Source: a bacterium | Lineage (GTDB): Bacteria; Margulisbacteria; WOR-1; O2-12-FULL-45-9; XYB2-FULL-48-7 | Assembly: GCA_043812655.1 (NCBI GenBank) | Contig: JBDRLW010000027.1 | Coordinates: forward strand, 1-30,246 | Length of the DNA: 30,246 bases | Direction of reading: 5' to 3' | Part shown: positions 25,505-30,246 of the stretch, in pieces | How positions within the stretch are numbered: position 1 is the first letter of the stretch | How the letters are laid out: each line of letters starts with the position of its first letter | Notes under the pieces: generated by a model | What the model was told of the DNA's origin: nothing | The model's database searches: none | The model's input: only the letters and a program-made list of their open reading frames with translations | Made by a program: the position numbers and the translations under genes

Positions 25505-27283
25505 ATGTTAGAGCAAGCAGTAATAACGATACAACTACTTGATTATTTTAGTTCAATCATTTTTTTCTATTTACTTATTTATGTTTGGCAAAAAAATTCT
25601 TTTTCTTCCTTAAACCGCGCTTGCGCGTGGCTGGTCGCCAGCTTTTTCATCTGGAGTTTTTCCTTGATCTTTATCCATAATCCATTTATCACCAAGGGTT
25701 TAGCCATCTTATTTTATGATCTAGGTTGTCTTGGCTGGGCGAGTTTTCCTGTCTTAGCACTTAATTTTGTCCTGATCTTAAGCGGCAGAAAAAAAATCGG
25801 TGCTTGGCGGGTGTTGTTTTTTCTGTTGCCGCTATTTTTCATCGGTTTGCAGTGGTTTGGTTATCTAGCGGCCGATTACCCCCGCCAAGCTTGGGGTTGG
25901 GGATATCACTGGAGCCCCACCTTTTGGGCCATTGCTTATTACCTTTACGTTTTACTTTTTTTAACCTCGACCTTTGCCTTGCTTTTCCGCATTTGGCTAA
26001 AAGGGGAAGATGAATTTGTCCGCGGCCAAGGCTTGATCATGCTTTTGACCGGTTTGCCATCGCTGGCTTTAGCTTTTTTGGTTGATGTCATCTTGCCGAA
26101 GTTTGATGGTTTTCTGTTTCCCAATATTGCCCCGGTTTTTGTTTTGATCTTTGCCGGCGGCATGATCCATGCCATTACCCGTTTTAAAATGATCGCGTCA
26201 GAAGAAGAAATAATGGCCAAGGCAGAAAAAGAATGGGCCGACACTTTTGATGCCATGCCAGATGGGGTTTCGATCCATAACCTTAACCACAGGATAGTCA
26301 ATGTCAATAAAGCAATGTGCCGGCTCCTGGGCAAGAAACGGGACGAACTGATCGGCCAGAAGTGTTTTAAGATTTTCCACGATGTTAACCAACCGATCTC
26401 CGGTTGTCCAATGGAAAAGACCATGACTTCAAATAAGATGGAATATGCCGAACTCTTTGAACCGAGCTTAAAACGCTGGCTTTCGGTGTCTACTTCCCCG
26501 CTGTTCGATGAAAAAAAACAGCTTATCCAGATCATCCATGTGGTCCGTGATATCACGGAAATAAAAAGCAAGAACCTAGAACTTGAAGAACTGAACAAGA
26601 TCAAAACTGATTTTGTGGCGACGGTCTCGCACGAACTGCGGACTCCGCTCACGATCATTAAAGAAGGCGTTTCTTTGGTTTTAGACGGGTTTTATGGGGA
26701 AGTTAATGACCGGCAAAAGAATTTTCTTGAAGCGGCCAAAAATAATGTTGACCGCCTAGACAGGTTGATCGGAGACTTGCTTGATTTTTCGCGGATCGAG
26801 TCGGGGAAAATCCAGTTTAATCTTGTCCCAACCGATCTTCGCGCGATCGCGGAAAAAGTAGCCAATCATTTAAAGATCAAAGCGGCAGAAAAAAATCTTT
26901 TTCTTAAATTTGAAGGTTTGGGGGACAAGGCGCAAATGGTCATGGCTGACCCGGATAAGGTTGAACAACTATTCGTCAATCTTATCAATAATAGTATAAA
27001 ATACTCCGATAAAGGCGGCATTACGGTCTCTATTTCCGACCAGGGGGAATTAATACAAACCTGCGTGGCCGATACCGGTATTGGGATAGCTAAAGAGAAC
27101 ATTCCAAAGTTGTTCGATAAATTTATGCAATTTAATCGGAATACTTCCCCCGGGGCGCAAGGGACCGGGCTTGGGCTCTCGATCTGCTGGGGTTTGGTCG
27201 AAGGGATGAATGGAAAAATTTGGGCGGAATCGGTTTTGGATGAAGGGTCAAAATTTTATTTTACTTTGCGAAAAGTTGGTTAA
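25505..27283 (+). CDS. Sensor histidine kinase (7TM N-terminus + PAS + HisKA + HATPase)
   Basis: About seven TM helices, PAS (TFDAMPDG...RDITE), SHELRTPL, NLINNSIKY, DTGIGI and GTGLGL motifs. Confidence 0.95.
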   Translation: MLEQAVITIQLLDYFSSIIFFYLLIYVWQKNSFSSLNRACAWLVASFFIWSFSLIFIHNPFITKGLAILFYDLGCLGWASFPVLALNFVLILSGRKKIGAWRVLFFLLPLFFIGLQWFGYLAADYPRQAWGWGYHWSPTFWAIAYYLYVLLFLTSTFALLFRIWLKGEDEFVRGQGLIMLLTGLPSLALAFLVDVILPKFDGFLFPNIAPVFVLIFAGGMIHAITRFKMIASEEEIMAKAEKEWADTFDAMPDGVSIHNLNHRIVNVNKAMCRLLGKKRDELIGQKCFKIFHDVNQPISGCPMEKTMTSNKMEYAELFEPSLKRWLSVSTSPLFDEKKQLIQIIHVVRDITEIKSKNLELEELNKIKTDFVATVSHELRTPLTIIKEGVSLVLDGFYGEVNDRQKNFLEAAKNNVDRLDRLIGDLLDFSRIESGKIQFNLVPTDLRAIAEKVANHLKIKAAEKNLFLKFEGLGDKAQMVMADPDKVEQLFVNLINNSIKYSDKGGITVSISDQGELIQTCVADTGIGIAKENIPKLFDKFMQFNRNTSPGAQGTGLGLSICWGLVEGMNGKIWAESVLDEGSKFYFTLRKVG

Positions 27284-27301
27284 GTAAAGAAAGGGTGGAG
27301 C

Positions 27302-27826
27302 ATGGAAAAGAAAGGCAGTATCTTGGTGGTTGATGACGAAGAAACAGTGCGCACGTTCCTGGCTGAAGAGCTTAAAAGCCTGAAATATGAGGTAGATAAG
27401 GCGGAAACGGCGATGCAGGCGTTAAAGCTAATGGCAAGTAAAAGGTACGACATCTCTTTTATTGACATCAAGATGCCGGAAATGAGCGGCCTGCAATTAC
27501 TTGATAAGATCAAAGAGCTAAAGATCGAAACGATCCCGGTCATTATTACCGCGTTCAAATCACCGGAAACAGCGATCGCCGCGATCGAAAAAGGCGCCTA
27601 CGATTACGTCAATAAGCCGATCTTGCTGGAAGACGTGGAGATCCTTATTGCCCGGGCCCTGAAACGGCATGAGATCGAATTGAAACGCCGCCAAGCTTTC
27701 CAGAGAAATGAAGAACAATTTTCAAAATTTAACGGCGAAGCTAGTGCTTTGCTTGACGAGATTAAATCATTAAAAGAAGAAGTTAACCAGCTGTTGGCCC
27801 AGCAAGGCAAGCCGAAAAAATACTAA
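27302..27826 (+). CDS. Response regulator (REC + short coiled-coil tail, no DNA-binding domain)
   Basis: ILVVDDE, DIKMPEMSG, ITA and GAYDY..KP motifs; helical C-terminal tail. Confidence 0.92.
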   Translation: MEKKGSILVVDDEETVRTFLAEELKSLKYEVDKAETAMQALKLMASKRYDISFIDIKMPEMSGLQLLDKIKELKIETIPVIITAFKSPETAIAAIEKGAYDYVNKPILLEDVEILIARALKRHEIELKRRQAFQRNEEQFSKFNGEASALLDEIKSLKEEVNQLLAQQGKPKKY

Positions 27827-28200
27827 GCTTTGGCCGCGGCAAGCAGCTCTTTGACCTTGGCTAGGATAAGCTGGTTGTCAAAGGGCTTGGTAAAGAAAGC
27901 GTTCGCCCCAACCTCTAGGCCCATTTTTTTATCCTCGTCTTGGAGCCTGGCGGTCAGCATGATGATCGGGATGTGGCTGTAATTAGCATCGAACTTGAGC
28001 AGGCGGCAGATCTGGTAGCCGTCCATTTTAGGGAGCATCAGGTCGAGAATGATCAAGTCAGGCTTTTCTTCGTGGGCTTTTTTTAGTCCGGCTTCACCGT
28101 CAGCGGCGGTGATCACCTCGTAGCCGGAAGCCTCGAGGCGAGCCTTGGTCAAAACAACCAATTCAGGTTCATCATCAACCACTAAGATTTTCTTTGCCAT
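27823..28200 (-). CDS. Single-domain response regulator
   Basis: MAKKILVVDDE, DLMLPKMDG, MLTA and TKPF motifs; start at ATG 28200. Confidence 0.93.
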   Translation of the reverse strand: MAKKILVVDDEPELVVLTKARLEASGYEVITAADGEAGLKKAHEEKPDLIILDLMLPKMDGYQICRLLKFDANYSHIPIIMLTARLQDEDKKMGLEVGANAFFTKPFDNQLILAKVKELLAAAKA

Positions 28201-28241
28201 AGTGTTGATATTATCATACAAATTTGCAATAAAATCAAATC

Positions 28242-28270
28242 TTGCTATGATTTCTTCAAGCTGATATAAT
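28242..28270 (+). promoter_or_regulatory. sigma70 promoter upstream of the membrane protein-pilB-pilC unit
   Basis: TTGCTA-N17-TATAAT with extended TG; ATG 9 nt downstream. Confidence 0.7.
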
Positions 28271-28279
28271 TTTGGCCAC

Positions 28280-28684
28280 ATGGGAAATAAGGATTATAAG
28301 TTCCAAATTAAACCAGCTTTTTGGCTTTTGGCGGTTTCCCTTTTGGTTATTAGCGTCGTCACTGGGTTTGCGAGCGGTGTTGCCAGCGGCATAATAGAAA
28401 GGTCTTATGGTAGTCACTTAGCTGTCGCCACAATTATTTTTGCCTCACCAGCTAAAGCCAGGCTGATGATCACAGTAATAGAAGCTTCGGCTGTGCTAGT
28501 GCCGATCGTACTGCTTTGGTTGGCAGGGCTTATCGTGTTATTCTTTATTATTGCTTTGATCGTCGTGGTTGTTTTTCTGATCGGGGCGGTCAAGAGCGCG
28601 GAAGAATCTATCAAGCAAGCTAAACTGGCAATCGAAAACTTGAATAAACTGGAGCGCTTGACTTGCCGGGGGAATAAGGGCTAA
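28280..28684 (+). CDS. Hypothetical membrane protein
   Basis: Two to three hydrophobic segments plus a C-terminal coiled coil; lies between a good promoter and pilB. Confidence 0.6.
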   Translation: MGNKDYKFQIKPAFWLLAVSLLVISVVTGFASGVASGIIERSYGSHLAVATIIFASPAKARLMITVIEASAVLVPIVLLWLAGLIVLFFIIALIVVVVFLIGAVKSAEESIKQAKLAIENLNKLERLTCRGNKG

Positions 28685-28695
28685 AATTGCGTTGA

Positions 28696-30192
28696 ATGAC
28701 TGACAGTAAACACCAAACAATTCCCGAAGTTGACCTTTCCGGATATACAGTTGACCCAGAAGTTATAAAACTTATTCCCGCCTCGCTGGCCGAACGGTAC
28801 GATATGCTCCCCCTTTTTAAAGTTGGCAACACTTTGACTGTGTCCATGGCCGATCCCAGGAATATTGTAGCGATCGACCAGGCCAGGATCTCTTCTAAAA
28901 TGGATATCTCGATCGTTAAAAGCCAAGCGGAGCAGATCCGCGCGGCGATCACCGAATATTATGGGATCGCCGGGCTGATCGAAGAGATCGTCCGCAAATA
29001 TCCCCACCCGGAACAGGCCAGAAAATTAGCGCTGGGCGTGGCGGAAGAAGCGCCGATCGTCCGGATAGTTAACGCGATACTGGCGCAAGCGGTGAAAGAG
29101 CGGGCTTCCGATGTCCACATTGAGCCGGAAGAAAAAGACCTGCGCATCCGCAACCGGATCGATGGGGTCTTGCATGAAGAAGCGACCATGCCTCCATTTA
29201 TGCTGGCGCCGATCGTTTCCCGCGTCAAAGTTTTAGCGGCGATGGATATTGCCGAGTCGCGCGTGCCGCAAGACGGCCGCTTTGAGACGCAGATCGCAGA
29301 TAAAAAGATCGATCTGCGGGTCTCGACTTTCCCTTCGGCCTACGGTGAGAAAGTCGTGATGCGCATCCTTGATAAATCGAGCATGACATATGCCCTGGAA
29401 AAGATCGGCTTTGCCGGTGAACATCTTGAAAAATTCCGCAAGATCATCCACAGGCCGCACGGGGTAGTTTTGGTGACCGGCCCGACCGGGTCGGGGAAAA
29501 CGACTACGTTATATGCTGTTTTGTCGGAGCTCAACAGCAAAGAGCTGAACATCATGACGGTTGAAGACCCGATCGAATATGAATTGCCGGGCCTCACCCA
29601 ATCGCAGGTCAACGTTAAAGCGGGCCTCACTTTTGCTTCGGCGCTCCGCTCGATCTTGCGCCAAGACCCGGATGTGATCTTGATCGGCGAGGTCAGGGAC
29701 GGCGAAACGGCGGGGATCGCCGTGCAGTCGGCTTTGACCGGCCACCTGGTCTTTTCAACTCTCCATACTAATGATGCCTCGGGCGCGGTCGCCAGGTTGC
29801 AAGACATGGGGGTTGAACCGTACCTGATCTCTTCTTCGCTGGAAGGGGTTTTGGCCCAGCGGTTAGTCCGCCGGATCTGCACAAAATGTGAGACCGAGAT
29901 CGCGGTCCCGGCCGCGTTCACCGGCAAGCTGGGAAAAATAAAAACGATAAAAAAAGGGAAAGGGTGTAAAAGCTGTCGCGGCACCGGTTATAAAGGCCGG
30001 GTTGGCTTATTTGAACTATTGGTCATTGATGAGACGATCAAAAAAATGATCGCCGAAAAAACCTCGGCCGACGAGATCAGGAAATACGCCGTCACCCAAG
30101 GGATGAGGTCTTTGTTTGAAGATGGGCTGGATAAAGTTAAAAGCGGCGAGACCACGCTGGATGAGGTCTTAAGGGTAACAGAGCTTGAGTAG
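28696..30192 (+). CDS. pilB: GspE/PilB-family type IV pilus / T2SS assembly ATPase
   Basis: ASDVHIEP, PQDGR, GPTGSGKTTTLY, TVEDPIEY, LRQDPDVILIGEVRD, LTGHLVFSTLHTN and CxxC..CxxC..GY.GR motifs. Confidence 0.93.
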   Translation: MTDSKHQTIPEVDLSGYTVDPEVIKLIPASLAERYDMLPLFKVGNTLTVSMADPRNIVAIDQARISSKMDISIVKSQAEQIRAAITEYYGIAGLIEEIVRKYPHPEQARKLALGVAEEAPIVRIVNAILAQAVKERASDVHIEPEEKDLRIRNRIDGVLHEEATMPPFMLAPIVSRVKVLAAMDIAESRVPQDGRFETQIADKKIDLRVSTFPSAYGEKVVMRILDKSSMTYALEKIGFAGEHLEKFRKIIHRPHGVVLVTGPTGSGKTTTLYAVLSELNSKELNIMTVEDPIEYELPGLTQSQVNVKAGLTFASALRSILRQDPDVILIGEVRDGETAGIAVQSALTGHLVFSTLHTNDASGAVARLQDMGVEPYLISSSLEGVLAQRLVRRICTKCETEIAVPAAFTGKLGKIKTIKKGKGCKSCRGTGYKGRVGLFELLVIDETIKKMIAEKTSADEIRKYAVTQGMRSLFEDGLDKVKSGETTLDEVLRVTELE

Positions 30193-30246
30193 GTTTATAT
30201 ACAAAGCCAGAAAAGAGACGGGTGAGCTGATCGACGGCGAGATCGA
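30185..30246 (+). CDS. PilC/GspF-family inner-membrane platform protein, N-terminus (truncated; missing from ORF track)
   Basis: TTG start overlapping the pilB end: MSRFIYKARKETGELIDGEI matches the F.YKA....G....G.IEA N-terminus of PilC/GspF. Confidence 0.8.
   Translation, partial: MSRFIYKARKETGELIDGEI

Noticed and set aside
1..30246. tRNA, rRNA, riboswitch or T-box (e.g. upstream of serS)
   Set aside because: No cloverleaf or T-box motif seen; intergenic space is explained by repeats and promoters, and serS appears leaderless.

Overview
Gene-dense chromosomal housekeeping region of a diderm bacterium. It holds about 35 CDSs, with many 1-32 bp overlaps and 15-20 bp divergent gaps. I found no rRNA, tRNA, CRISPR array or transposase. 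Two SLH-domain beta-barrel proteins, a strong CGATCG excess and the gene mix suggest a non-photosynthetic relative of Cyanobacteria (Saganbacteria/Margulisbacteria-like); this is inference only. Genes include an MFS fragment, serS, an FmdB-type Zn ribbon, a divergent dGTPase, trpG/pabA, femABX-murE, acyP, a PorV-like barrel / TPR-MBL hydrolase / Ald-like operon, Yip1, hisG, panD, a redox cluster, an MGDG-synthase-like GT28, two SLH porins flanking an AT-rich cassette, birA, aroH, aroF, hflX, a two-component set and pilB-pilC. The most interesting signals are non-genic or sub-genic. (1) Three copies of a REPIN-like doublet of bulged hairpins with covarying stems. (2) Two tiny CCCC...GGGG palindromic elements with TAAA-containing direct repeats, inserted exactly in frame in proteins. 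(3) Heptamer/octamer repeat tracts recruited as signal peptides, loops, stop codons and promoter parts. (4) Pervasive leaderless-type starts and bidirectional -10 boxes. (5) Sigma28-like promoters before an orphan and an N-terminally extended dGTPase. (6) A MurE with a non-DAP motif (DDPH) coupled to a FemABX gene.
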